DNA of 64,000 nt from Desulfuromonadales bacterium (GTDB lineage Bacteria > Desulfobacterota > Desulfuromonadia > Desulfuromonadales > SZUA-540). Both the position numbers and the translations under genes were made by a program. Under the pieces are notes generated by a model that was not told the DNA's origin, ran no database searches, and was given only the letters and a program-made list of their open reading frames with translations. The DNA lies in the NCBI GenBank assembly GCA_033549025.1, contig JAWSUS010000014.1, positions 20,622-84,621 of the forward strand. Direction: 5' to 3'. Of the stretch, positions 48,016-56,913 are shown in pieces; the first letter of the stretch is position 1; each line of letters opens with the position of its first letter.

Positions 48016-48744
48016 ATGAGTTCAGGAATTTACAGCGCCATGTCGGGCGCGGTGGCCCGGATGAACCGGATGGACACCATCAGCGACAATCTCAGCAACA
48101 GCCGCACCGCCGGCTTCAAGGGCGGCCAGAGCACCTTCGAGGGGATTCTGGAGCGGACGCAGGCCGGTATCGAGACCCGCGGCATCAATCTGGCCGAGGT
48201 TCGCCAAGGCTTCACGAATTTCGGTCAGGGAGCGCTTACCCCTACCGGCGTCGGCACCCATCTGGGCATTGAGGGGGAGGGCTTCTTCCGGGTGCGCGGG
48301 GCTGATGGCGAAGACTTATACACGCGCCAGGGCAATTTCAATCTCAACAGCCTGGGCCAGTTGGTCAACGGCGCCGGTATGAACGTGCTGGACGACGCGG
48401 GCCAGCCCATCGTGCTGCCCAGCCCCGACGTGGAGATCGACGAGCGCGGCCGCGTCAATGTTGGGGGCGACTTCCGGCAGATTGCCGTGGTGGCCTTCGT
48501 TGACCAGGCCGGGCTGGAGCGCCGGGGAGATGGCCTTTTTGCGGCCAACGGCAACGGCCCCGGGCCCCAACCGGTGGCCGCGCCTGTGGTGCATCAGGGC
48601 AAGATCGAAGAATCCAATGTCAACATGATGGCGGAGATGGTGCACATGGTCGAAGCCAACCGCGCCTTCGAGGCCTGCCAGCGCATGATGAAAACCTTTG
48701 ACGACCTTTCCAGCAAGGCCAACGAAATCGGCCTGCTTGGTTAA
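48016..48744 (+). CDS. flgF: flagellar basal-body rod protein FlgF
   Basis: Motifs NLSNSRTAGFK, YTRQGNF and EESNVN; precedes flgG. Confidence 0.9.
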   Translation: MSSGIYSAMSGAVARMNRMDTISDNLSNSRTAGFKGGQSTFEGILERTQAGIETRGINLAEVRQGFTNFGQGALTPTGVGTHLGIEGEGFFRVRGADGEDLYTRQGNFNLNSLGQLVNGAGMNVLDDAGQPIVLPSPDVEIDERGRVNVGGDFRQIAVVAFVDQAGLERRGDGLFAANGNGPGPQPVAAPVVHQGKIEESNVNMMAEMVHMVEANRAFEACQRMMKTFDDLSSKANEIGLLG

Positions 48745-48771
48745 GACGCATAACAGCGAGGAGACAAAACT

Positions 48772-49560
48772 ATGATCAGGGCATTGTGGACAGCATCGAG
48801 CGGCATGGAAGCCCAGCAGGTGAACATGGACGTCATCGCGAACAATCTGGCGAACGTCAACAGCGTGGGCTTCAAGAAGAGCCGGGCCGACTTCCAGGAC
48901 GTCCTCTATCAGACGACCCGCATGGCTGGGACGACCACCGCTGACGGCGGCGAGATCCCCACCGGCATCCAGATCGGTCTCGGCTCCAAAGTGGCCGCCG
49001 TTCAGAAGATCTTCACTGTCGGTGATATGCAGAGCACGGGCAATGAGCTCGATCTGGCCATCGAGGGGACCGGCTTCTTTCAGGTAATTCTCCCCGATGG
49101 CGAAACCGCCTACACCCGCGACGGTTCCTTCAAAAAAGACAGTGTCGGCCGTATCGTGACCTCCGAAGGTTATCCCCTCTTTCCCGAAATCGTCGTCCCC
49201 GAAAATGCCACCCGCATCTCCGTGGGTGAAGGGGGCGATGTGGAAGTCTTTCTCGATGGCGAGAACGCTCCGGCCCAGGTCGGCGTTATCGAACTGGTAC
49301 GCTTCAGCAATCCCGCCGGCCTCTCCAGCTTGGGGCGCAACCTCTATGCCGAAACCCTCAGCTCCGGTGTGCCGGTCGCCGGCGTTGCCGGTACCGAAGG
49401 ACTCGGGCTGATCAGCCAGGGCTTTCTGGAAGGCTCCAACGTCAGCGTCATGGAAGAGATGGTCAACATGATCGCAGGCCAGCGCGCCTACGAGGTGAAT
49501 TCCAAGGCCATTCGTACCGCCGACGAAATGCTGCAGATGACCAACGGACTGATCCGTTAG
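48772..49560 (+). CDS. flgG: flagellar basal-body rod protein FlgG
   Basis: Motifs ANNLANVNSVGFKKSRADFQD and QRAYEVNSKAI. Confidence 0.96.
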   Translation: MIRALWTASSGMEAQQVNMDVIANNLANVNSVGFKKSRADFQDVLYQTTRMAGTTTADGGEIPTGIQIGLGSKVAAVQKIFTVGDMQSTGNELDLAIEGTGFFQVILPDGETAYTRDGSFKKDSVGRIVTSEGYPLFPEIVVPENATRISVGEGGDVEVFLDGENAPAQVGVIELVRFSNPAGLSSLGRNLYAETLSSGVPVAGVAGTEGLGLISQGFLEGSNVSVMEEMVNMIAGQRAYEVNSKAIRTADEMLQMTNGLIR

Positions 49561-49565
49561 GCAGG

Positions 49566-50522
49566 ATGATCATGACGCGTCTTTGGCTCATGCTGACGCT
49601 GCTCCTGCTCTGCGGGCAGGCAACGGCCGCGCTGGCCCTGGAGATTCGCTTTCGTCCCCAGGCCCAGGCCCAGGGTGAAATCCTGCTGCTGGGCGAAGTG
49701 GCGCAGATTCTTCCCGATACGAACGAAAACCGCCTGCTGGGAGACCTGACCCTGTTTCGCGCCCCGGCACCCGGCGAAGAAGAGCTGCACCAGGCCGCCG
49801 ATATCCGGGCTTATGTCCAGCGTACGAATCCCGATCTGGCGGAGGCCGCCTGGGGCGGCGCCGGGGAAGTTCGGGTCATCCGTGCCGGCATTACCGTGGA
49901 CCAGGCCCGAATCGACCGGATTCTGCAGAACTACCTCAAGGCGCAGCAGGACAACCTGACGGCCACCACCTCGCTGGAAATCGTCGGCCGCATCGCCCCC
50001 TTCGTCTTGCCGCAGGGCAAGCTCCAGGTTGACGTCATCCCTTCCGATCCGGCCATCGTCAACAGCAACCGGTTTACCCTGATCTTTCGCATCGACGGCC
50101 GCGTGGTCAAAAATCTCTCCGTGCGCGTCCAGATGCAGGCAATGGCCCAACTGGTCGTGGCGACGACCGAGCTTCGCCGAGGGCAGATTATCGGTCAAGG
50201 CGACCTGCAGCTGGTCGAGGCCGAAATGGCTCGACTGCGCGAGCCCTGCCAGGATCTGGATGAGCTGATCGGCAAAAAGGTGCGGCGTACCATTCGCGCC
50301 GGCGAGCCCATCGAATGTTACAGCATCGAATTTCCCCCCATGGTTCAGCGCGGCGAGCTTGTGACCATCGTGGCCTCCAAGGGCTCCCTGACGATCAGTG
50401 CAAGAGGGCTGGCCCGCGAAGACGGTAAAAAGGGGGATGTCATCAAGGTTCGCAACACCAGCTCACAGAAAGATGTTCACTGCCGGGTCATTGCCCCCGG
50501 CGTGGTGGAAGTGGAGTTCTGA
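49566..50522 (+). CDS. flgA: flagellar P-ring formation chaperone FlgA
   Basis: Signal peptide, SAF domain, GDVIKVRNTSS; alternative start 49572. Confidence 0.9.
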   Translation: MIMTRLWLMLTLLLLCGQATAALALEIRFRPQAQAQGEILLLGEVAQILPDTNENRLLGDLTLFRAPAPGEEELHQAADIRAYVQRTNPDLAEAAWGGAGEVRVIRAGITVDQARIDRILQNYLKAQQDNLTATTSLEIVGRIAPFVLPQGKLQVDVIPSDPAIVNSNRFTLIFRIDGRVVKNLSVRVQMQAMAQLVVATTELRRGQIIGQGDLQLVEAEMARLREPCQDLDELIGKKVRRTIRAGEPIECYSIEFPPMVQRGELVTIVASKGSLTISARGLAREDGKKGDVIKVRNTSSQKDVHCRVIAPGVVEVEF

Positions 50523-50523
50523 T

Positions 50524-51216
50524 ATGAAAAAAGCCATCACCCTTTTTTGTGCCTTTGGCCTGTTTGCCGCCGGTTGCGCTTCGCATCAGCCGGCCATGGA
50601 TCCCCCGCCGCCCCTGACTCCTTCCGCGGCCATGGTGGAGCCCCCGGTAGAGCCCTCGGCTCCCGGCTCCCTGTGGAACGCCGGTAACAACGACCTTTTC
50701 GCCGACCATAAGGCCCGGCGGGTCGGGGATATCCTCACCGTCGCCATTTTCGAGCGGGCCAGCGCCAGCAAGGAAGCCAAGACCAGCACCGGTCGTTCCA
50801 GCAGCGCCTCCGCCGGGATCGACAATCTCTTCGGCATCGAAAAGAACATCGGCATGATCAACAGCGCCATCAATCCCGCCAGCCTCATCGGCACCGAATA
50901 CGAAAACAGCTTTCAGGGCAGTGGCACCACCAGCCGCAAAGAGGACCTGGTCGCCACGCTCACCGTGCGGGTGACCGAGGTTTTCGGCAACGGCAACATG
51001 CGCATCGAGGGCGGCAAGAACGTGCGGGTCAACAACGAAGACCAGATCATCCGTCTCACCGGCCTGGTGCGACCGGCCGACGTCACCCGCGATAATATTG
51101 TCGACTCCAAGTACATCCTCGACTCGCAGATTACCTACACCGGCAAGGGTGTGATCAGTGACAAGCAGAAGCAGGGATGGCTCGTGCGCGTACTCGATAA
51201 TGTCTGGCCCTTTTAG
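50524..51216 (+). CDS. flgH: flagellar L-ring protein FlgH
   Basis: Lipobox AAGC, ARRVGDILTV, GLVRPADV, C-terminal WPF; ATG at 50524. Confidence 0.94.
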   Translation: MKKAITLFCAFGLFAAGCASHQPAMDPPPPLTPSAAMVEPPVEPSAPGSLWNAGNNDLFADHKARRVGDILTVAIFERASASKEAKTSTGRSSSASAGIDNLFGIEKNIGMINSAINPASLIGTEYENSFQGSGTTSRKEDLVATLTVRVTEVFGNGNMRIEGGKNVRVNNEDQIIRLTGLVRPADVTRDNIVDSKYILDSQITYTGKGVISDKQKQGWLVRVLDNVWPF

Positions 51217-51238
51217 CGGCAGAAGCTGAGGTAAATCC

Positions 51239-52345
51239 ATGAAACGAATTCTGACCGGTCTGTTGGCTGTTTCCCTGCTGGGGGCGCTTGTGCTGCCGAC
51301 CGCGGCGAAGGCCGCCCGCATCAAAGATATCGCCGGCCTGGAAGGGGTGCGCGACAACCAGCTGGTCGGCTATGGCCTGGTCGTCGGCCTCAACGGCACC
51401 GGCGACAGCGCCAGCACTGAGTTCACCATCCAGTCCCTCGTGAACATGATGGAAAACATGGGGCTCACCGTCGACCGCAGCAAGGTCAAGGTCGACAACG
51501 TGGCCGCCGTTATCGTCACGGCCCAGCTGCCGCCCTTTGCCAAAACCGGCACCACCATCGACGTCCTCGTATCTTCCCTCGGTGACGCCGACAGCCTCGC
51601 CGGCGGCACGCTGCTGATGGCCCCCCTCAAGGGACCGGACGGTCAGGTCTACGCCGTCGCCCAGGGGCCGCTGGTCGTCGGCGCTCTCGCTTTCGGCGGC
51701 AATGCGGCCAAGGTGCAGAAGAATCATCCCACGGTCGGTCGCATTCCCGGCGGCGCCCTGGTAGAGCGCGAGGTTCCCTTCGCCCTGCCTAACCAGAACC
51801 GCCTCGTCTATCGTCTGAAAAGCGCCGATTTCACCACGGCCTCACGCATGGCAGCCGTCATCGACTCCCGTTTCGGGCGCGGCACCGCCTATACGCTCGA
51901 CAGCGGCAGTCTCGAAGTCGCCATCCCCCGCGCCTACCTCGGCCGCACCGTCGACTTTGTCGCCGCCCTTGAGCGCCTCAACGTGACCCCCGATGCCCTG
52001 GCCAAAATCGTCGTCAACGAAAAGACCGGCACCATCGTCATGGGCGAGGAAGTCCGCCTCTCCACCGTGGCAGTCTCCCACGCCAATCTGAGCCTGGTCA
52101 TCACCGAATCGGCCGAAGTCTCTCAACCCGGCCCCTTCAGTGAAGGGGAGACCGTGGTCGTACCACAGACCGGCATCGAGGTCACCGAAGAAGAGGGCAG
52201 CCTCGTAGTCGTCGACCCCGGCGTCAGCATCGGCGAAATCGCCCGCGCCCTCAACGCCATCGGCGCCACCCCCCGCGACCTCATTGCCATCTTCCAGGCC
52301 ATCAAAGCTGCCGGAGCCATGCATGCCGATCTGGAGATTCTGTAA
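51239..52345 (+). CDS. flgI: flagellar P-ring protein FlgI
   Basis: Motif RIKDI...NQLVGYGLVVGLNGTGD. Confidence 0.96.
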   Translation: MKRILTGLLAVSLLGALVLPTAAKAARIKDIAGLEGVRDNQLVGYGLVVGLNGTGDSASTEFTIQSLVNMMENMGLTVDRSKVKVDNVAAVIVTAQLPPFAKTGTTIDVLVSSLGDADSLAGGTLLMAPLKGPDGQVYAVAQGPLVVGALAFGGNAAKVQKNHPTVGRIPGGALVEREVPFALPNQNRLVYRLKSADFTTASRMAAVIDSRFGRGTAYTLDSGSLEVAIPRAYLGRTVDFVAALERLNVTPDALAKIVVNEKTGTIVMGEEVRLSTVAVSHANLSLVITESAEVSQPGPFSEGETVVVPQTGIEVTEEEGSLVVVDPGVSIGEIARALNAIGATPRDLIAIFQAIKAAGAMHADLEIL

Positions 52346-52368
52346 GAGGACGGATATTTAAAAGTTCT

Positions 52369-52444
52369 CACCACCAAGTGCCAAGGCTCCAAGAAAAACA
52401 AGAATTACCATTATGTTACTTGGTGCCTCCGTGTCTTGGTGGTG
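52369..52444. repeat. palindromic REP-like element built from CCAAG/CTTGG subunits
   Basis: Perfect 10-bp inverted repeat CACCACCAAG / CTTGGTGGTG, inner imperfect repeats, AT-rich core. Confidence 0.65.
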
Positions 52445-52467
52445 GATAGTCTAAAAGGTTTTGACTC

Positions 52468-52773
52468 ATGAAGATAAACGTCGACCCGCAAATCCTCCTC
52501 TCCCAGGCAAGCGCCCCCGCACAACCCAAAAAAGTCACAGGCGACGATCCCGAGGCGCTTAAAAAGACCTGTCAGGAATTCGAGGCCATCTTTCTTGCCT
52601 CCATGTTTAAATCCATGCGCCAGTCCGTCCCCCAAGGGGGGATTATTGAAAAGGGCAACGCCGACGAGATTTACCAGAGCCTACTTGATCAGGAAATCGC
52701 CACCCAGGCCGCCAAAGGGCAGGGGGTGGGCATTGCCGAGGTGCTCTTCCGCCAGCTCAGCCAGACCAAATAG
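52468..52773 (+). CDS. flgJ: rod-binding protein FlgJ (short form, no muramidase domain)
   Basis: Motif CQEFEAIFLASMFKSMR; 101 aa. Confidence 0.88.
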   Translation: MKINVDPQILLSQASAPAQPKKVTGDDPEALKKTCQEFEAIFLASMFKSMRQSVPQGGIIEKGNADEIYQSLLDQEIATQAAKGQGVGIAEVLFRQLSQTK

Positions 52774-52838
52774 CCCTCCCTTTCGCTTCTGCCGGCGCTG
52801 CCCGTCTTCGGCGCCATTTACGCCCCTCAATTTTTTTC

Positions 52839-52866
52839 TAAAGTATTCCGTCTGCCTTCCCGATAA
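52839..52866 (+). promoter_or_regulatory. sigma28 promoter of flgM
   Basis: TAAA-N16-CCCGATAA. Confidence 0.75.
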
Positions 52867-52963
52867 GAACCTTAACAGTGCAATGCGTTGCGGCCCCACC
52901 GGCGTTTACCCGGGGTGACCGCTCTGGAAATGAACAAGTAACACAGCAGGAAAGGTGGCGATC

Positions 52964-53335
52964 ATGACCATTAAAATTTCGGGTGACAAGGGCCTCAACC
53001 CTCTCGATGGGATGAAGAAAAGCCAGAAGACGGCCGCTGCGGGCGACAAGGCCAGGGCAGATGCGGGCGATAAGGTCAGCTTCTCCTCGGCGCTGCAACA
53101 GGCCGCCCAGGCGCAGGAAGCCAAGGGCGCGGCCCGCACCGAGTCCATGGAGAAGGTTGCGTTCTCTCCCCTGATCATGGAGATGAGCCATCTGCAGGAT
53201 GGCGGCACTTCCGAAGTCTCGGCCCGCCAGCAGAAGATCGACGCTCTCAAGGCGCAGATCGCCGAGGGTTCCTACCAGCCTGACCTCACCAAGGTGGCGG
53301 CCAGCCTGCTCAAGTTCGTCGCCGGGGAGAAGTAG
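52964..53335 (+). CDS. flgM: anti-sigma28 factor FlgM
   Basis: Motifs DKVSFS and RQQKIDALKAQIAEGSYQPD; alternative GTG start 52955. Confidence 0.9.
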   Translation: MTIKISGDKGLNPLDGMKKSQKTAAAGDKARADAGDKVSFSSALQQAAQAQEAKGAARTESMEKVAFSPLIMEMSHLQDGGTSEVSARQQKIDALKAQIAEGSYQPDLTKVAASLLKFVAGEK

Positions 53336-53337
53336 CC

Positions 53338-53688
53338 ATGGCCACGACCCTGCGAGCCCGGCTGGAAGAGTTGCACGCGCTGATACTCCGGGAGCGTGAG
53401 TACGCCAAGGCCCTCGATATGGAGGCGATGCTGGAAGCGACCCACGCCAAGGAAGAACTGCTCGGCGCTCTCGCCGGCATCGACGCAGCCAGCCCGGAAG
53501 ACCGGGAGCTGGTAGAGACCATCCAGGCCGAAAATCGCCGCAACGCCTATCTCTTCTGGGCATCCTTGCGCTTCGTGCGCGAATCCATGAGTTTTTTCCG
53601 CCAGCAGCTGTCCCCCGTTTCCTACGGGGCGCAGGGCACCACGGTCAACGGGCGCTCCGAAGGGATGCTGCTGCGAGGGAGGATCTGA
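53338..53688 (+). CDS. flgN: flagellar export chaperone FlgN-like
   Basis: Helical protein with ENRRN and a C-terminal YG motif; located between flgM and flgK. Confidence 0.75.
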   Translation: MATTLRARLEELHALILREREYAKALDMEAMLEATHAKEELLGALAGIDAASPEDRELVETIQAENRRNAYLFWASLRFVRESMSFFRQQLSPVSYGAQGTTVNGRSEGMLLRGRI

Positions 53689-53689
53689 T

Positions 53690-55099
53690 ATGGGCGGCCT
53701 TCTCAATGCCCTCAATGCCGGCAAGACCAGCCTCTTCACCAACCAGAAGGGGATCGAGGTCACCGGCAACAATATGTCCAACGTCAATACCGAAGGCTAC
53801 TCGCGGCAGATCATGCGGCTGTCCGATGTGCCGACCCTCGAAGTCGGCGGCCTCTTTATCGGCAACGGCGTGCGCGTCGACGACGTCGTCCGCCAGCACG
53901 ATCAGTTTATTCAGGATCAGCTCGTCAGCAAGCAGGCCGATTTCGGCTTTGCCGAGGCGCGTTCCCTGCCGCTCACCGAGGTCGAGCGCATCATGAAGAC
54001 CTCCGAGCAAAGCCTGTCATCGGAAATCGACGCTTTCTTCGACGCCTGGCAGGAACTCTCCACCAATCCCAGCGGCGAGGTCGAGCGCCAGATCGTCATC
54101 CAGCGCGGCGAGACCCTCGCTCAGGCCTTTCAGGATGCCGACGGCCAGCTGCAGTACGCCCGTGAAAACATCAATACCATCCTCGAAGCCAAGGTGGTGG
54201 GCATTAACGAAACCCTGCGGGAGATCGCCGAACTCAACGAGCGCATCGCCGGCATCGAAGCCGAAGGTCGCAGCGCCAACTCGGCCCGCGACCGCCGCGA
54301 CCTGCTGGTACAGGATGCCGCCGCCCTGCTCGGCGCACAGACCCTGGAACAGAAGGATGGCACCGTGTCGCTGCAGCTGCCGGGGGGGCTGCCCCTGGTG
54401 CAGGGGCGCACCTACATGAGCCTCGAAACCGAGCGGGTCAACGGCGACATGATCATCAGCGTCGAAACCGGCGCCACCAAACTCCCCCTGGGGCTGCGGG
54501 ATGTCGGCGGCGAAATCAAGGGACTGCTCGATGTGCGCGACGAGGTCATCCCCGATCTGATGGCCGATCTCGACAAGCTGGCCTACAACCTCGTTACCGA
54601 AGTCAATGCCGTTCATGAACAAGGGCTTGACCGCAACGGCGACGCCGGCGGCACCTTCTTTGAAGTTCCCCCCGCGCCTATTCCCCCGGCTACCTTCGGG
54701 GCCGGCACCGCCGGCAACATGCTGGTGCGGGCCGATCTGGTCAACGACACCAGTCTGGTAGCGGCCGGCACCATCGGCGGCTCCGGCGACAACACCAACG
54801 CCCTGGACATGGTAAAGCTGCACAAGGCCCCCATTATTGACGGGGCCGACAGCTTCGCCGGCTTCTACAGCAAGATCGCCGGCAAGATCGGCATCGAGAT
54901 CAACCGTAACACCCAGGCGCTCGAAGGCGCCGACGATGCCCGGGTGCAGTTGCAGAACCTGCGTGATTCCAAGGTCGGTGTCTCCGTCGAAGAGGAGATG
55001 CTCGCCCTGGTCCAGTACCAGGCCGCTTTCGAGGCCGCCGCCAAGTTTTTGACCACCGTCGACGAGATGATGGCCACCGTGCTGAACATGAAGAGGTAA
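53690..55099 (+). CDS. flgK: flagellar hook-associated protein FlgK
   Basis: Motifs NNMSNVNTEGYSRQ and GVSVEEEM...YQAAFEAAAK. Confidence 0.95.
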   Translation: MGGLLNALNAGKTSLFTNQKGIEVTGNNMSNVNTEGYSRQIMRLSDVPTLEVGGLFIGNGVRVDDVVRQHDQFIQDQLVSKQADFGFAEARSLPLTEVERIMKTSEQSLSSEIDAFFDAWQELSTNPSGEVERQIVIQRGETLAQAFQDADGQLQYARENINTILEAKVVGINETLREIAELNERIAGIEAEGRSANSARDRRDLLVQDAAALLGAQTLEQKDGTVSLQLPGGLPLVQGRTYMSLETERVNGDMIISVETGATKLPLGLRDVGGEIKGLLDVRDEVIPDLMADLDKLAYNLVTEVNAVHEQGLDRNGDAGGTFFEVPPAPIPPATFGAGTAGNMLVRADLVNDTSLVAAGTIGGSGDNTNALDMVKLHKAPIIDGADSFAGFYSKIAGKIGIEINRNTQALEGADDARVQLQNLRDSKVGVSVEEEMLALVQYQAAFEAAAKFLTTVDEMMATVLNMKR

Positions 55100-55102
55100 C
55101 TC

Positions 55103-56065
55103 ATGAAGACCACGAGCATGACCACCTATCGTACCCTGCTGCAGAACCTCACGCGCGGCAGCACGCGCCTGAACGACTGGCGCATCAAGACGGCCACGGG
55201 TAAGCGCCTCAACAAGCCGTCCGACGACCCCACGGCTATCCGCCCGGTGCTCAACGCGCGCACCCAGATCAGCGCTTCCGAGCGCTATCTGCGCACCATG
55301 GACACGGTGCAGGACCGCCTCGACAACGCCGAGGGCTACCTGTACAACACCGAGAATATCCTGGTGCGGGTCAAGGAACTCGCCATCTCCGCCGGCGACG
55401 GCGCCTACAGTCCTGAAGACCTGACCCTGCTAGCCGACGAACTGGCCCTGCGCCGCGAAGAACTGCTCGACGCCGCCAACGCCAATATTGACGGCAAGTT
55501 CATCTTCGCCGGTTATCAGGACAACGTCCAGCCCTTCGTGCTTAATGATAACTACGACCCGGCCGCTTACAACGCGGACGATCCGTCCAGCTGGTCGGTG
55601 CATTATAAAGGCGATCCCCACGCCATCCAGATGGAGATCGGCCCCGGCGCTCTGGTCGATTCCAGCGTGCCCGGCAACGAACTCTTTCTGGGCCTTAAGG
55701 ATACGAACGGCGACGGCACCTTGGAGCAGACCGGCACCGACCTGTTCGGCGTCCTCGACCGCATGGAGCAGGCTCTGCGCGCCAACGATCCCGATACCGT
55801 CATCGACGAACTCGGCACCCTCGACGAGGGGGCCGACCAGGTGCGCCGCCTGCACGGTTCCCTCGGCATCGTCGGTCAGCGGCTTGACACCGCCCGCGAC
55901 CACATGGAAACTCTCAATATCGACATGCAGACCATCCTCTCGCGCTACGAGGATATCGATCTGGTCGAGGCGGTCAGCAACATGACCCAGGAGGAGATGG
56001 CCTTCGACGCCGCCCTCAAGGTCAGCGCCCGCGTGCAGGAGCTTAACATCCTCAAGTACTTCTAA
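55103..56065 (+). CDS. flgL: flagellar hook-associated protein FlgL
   Basis: Motifs TGKRLNKPSDDP and GKFIFAG. Confidence 0.95.
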   Translation: MKTTSMTTYRTLLQNLTRGSTRLNDWRIKTATGKRLNKPSDDPTAIRPVLNARTQISASERYLRTMDTVQDRLDNAEGYLYNTENILVRVKELAISAGDGAYSPEDLTLLADELALRREELLDAANANIDGKFIFAGYQDNVQPFVLNDNYDPAAYNADDPSSWSVHYKGDPHAIQMEIGPGALVDSSVPGNELFLGLKDTNGDGTLEQTGTDLFGVLDRMEQALRANDPDTVIDELGTLDEGADQVRRLHGSLGIVGQRLDTARDHMETLNIDMQTILSRYEDIDLVEAVSNMTQEEMAFDAALKVSARVQELNILKYF

Positions 56066-56121
56066 AGACCATCCATTCAACCGCCGCAGGACGTCGGCGC
56101 ACAGCAGCCAGGGAGGGCGAC

Positions 56122-56361
56122 ATGCTGGTACTTACCCGTAAAGCCGGTGAAGGCATCATCATCGGTGACGACATCAAAATCACCATTGTAGAAATCAAGG
56201 GGGGCGGCATCCGCATCGGCATCGACGCCCCGCCGGAGCAGAAAATTTACCGGCAGGAGGTCTACGACCGCATCTGCCAGGAGAACATGGAGGCCACCCA
56301 ATGGAACCTTGCCGATCTGAATGCTCTTTTGACGGTCCCTCAGCCAAGGGAGGATCGGTGA
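56122..56361 (+). CDS. csrA: carbon storage regulator CsrA
   Basis: MLVLTRKAGEGIIIGDDI...RIGIDAP. Confidence 0.96.
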   Translation: MLVLTRKAGEGIIIGDDIKITIVEIKGGGIRIGIDAPPEQKIYRQEVYDRICQENMEATQWNLADLNALLTVPQPREDR

Positions 56362-56780
56362 TGAAAAATATCATGACGCGGTTCGGTGAAGTTGAATACG
56401 ATCCTCAAAAAACACTGCATTTTCCCAAAGGGTTGATCGGCTTTGAGAGCCTGCGTGACTTTATCGTTATGCCCAACATCAAGGATGGCCCACTGTTCTG
56501 GATACAGAGCACCGACGATCCCCAGATTGCCTTTGTGTTGACCGATCCGACCAATTTTTTCCTCGATTACCGGGTGCTTCCGGACCAGAAAGAACGGGAG
56601 ATCCTCGGTATGAAGGAAGGTGACGAGTGTTTCCCTTTGTCGGTCGTGACAGTTCATGAGGGGGGCAAGGTCACCTTGAATCTGGCCGCCCCAATCCTTT
56701 TTGTGCCGAACAGCAATAGCGCCATGCAGGTAATTTTGGAAAATAGTAGCTATAAAACAAAGCACGAATTGCCCTCATAG
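56361..56780 (+). CDS. fliW: flagellar assembly factor FliW
   Basis: Motifs TRFGE, FPKGLIGF and NLAAPI; TGATG overlap with csrA. Confidence 0.94.
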   Translation: MKNIMTRFGEVEYDPQKTLHFPKGLIGFESLRDFIVMPNIKDGPLFWIQSTDDPQIAFVLTDPTNFFLDYRVLPDQKEREILGMKEGDECFPLSVVTVHEGGKVTLNLAAPILFVPNSNSAMQVILENSSYKTKHELPS

Positions 56781-56796
56781 CAAAAATGGAAGGACT

Positions 56797-56839
56797 CAAA
56801 AAAGGCCTTATTTGCTTTAGCAAATGAGGCCCTTTTTTT
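56797..56839. terminator. rho-independent terminator after fliW
   Basis: A7-GGCCTTATTTGCT-tt-AGCAAATGAGGCC-c-T7. Confidence 0.85.
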
Positions 56840-56913
56840 GCAAATGACAAGTTTGGTTATTTTTTTGTCAAATTTTTGTCTTTGTGCTGAACTGGTTAGA
56901 AAGGATTAGTTGA

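Noticed and set aside
56853..56869. TTGGTTATTTTTTTGTC as a sigma54 promoter for maf
   Set aside because: The -12 element is GT rather than GC; support is too weak
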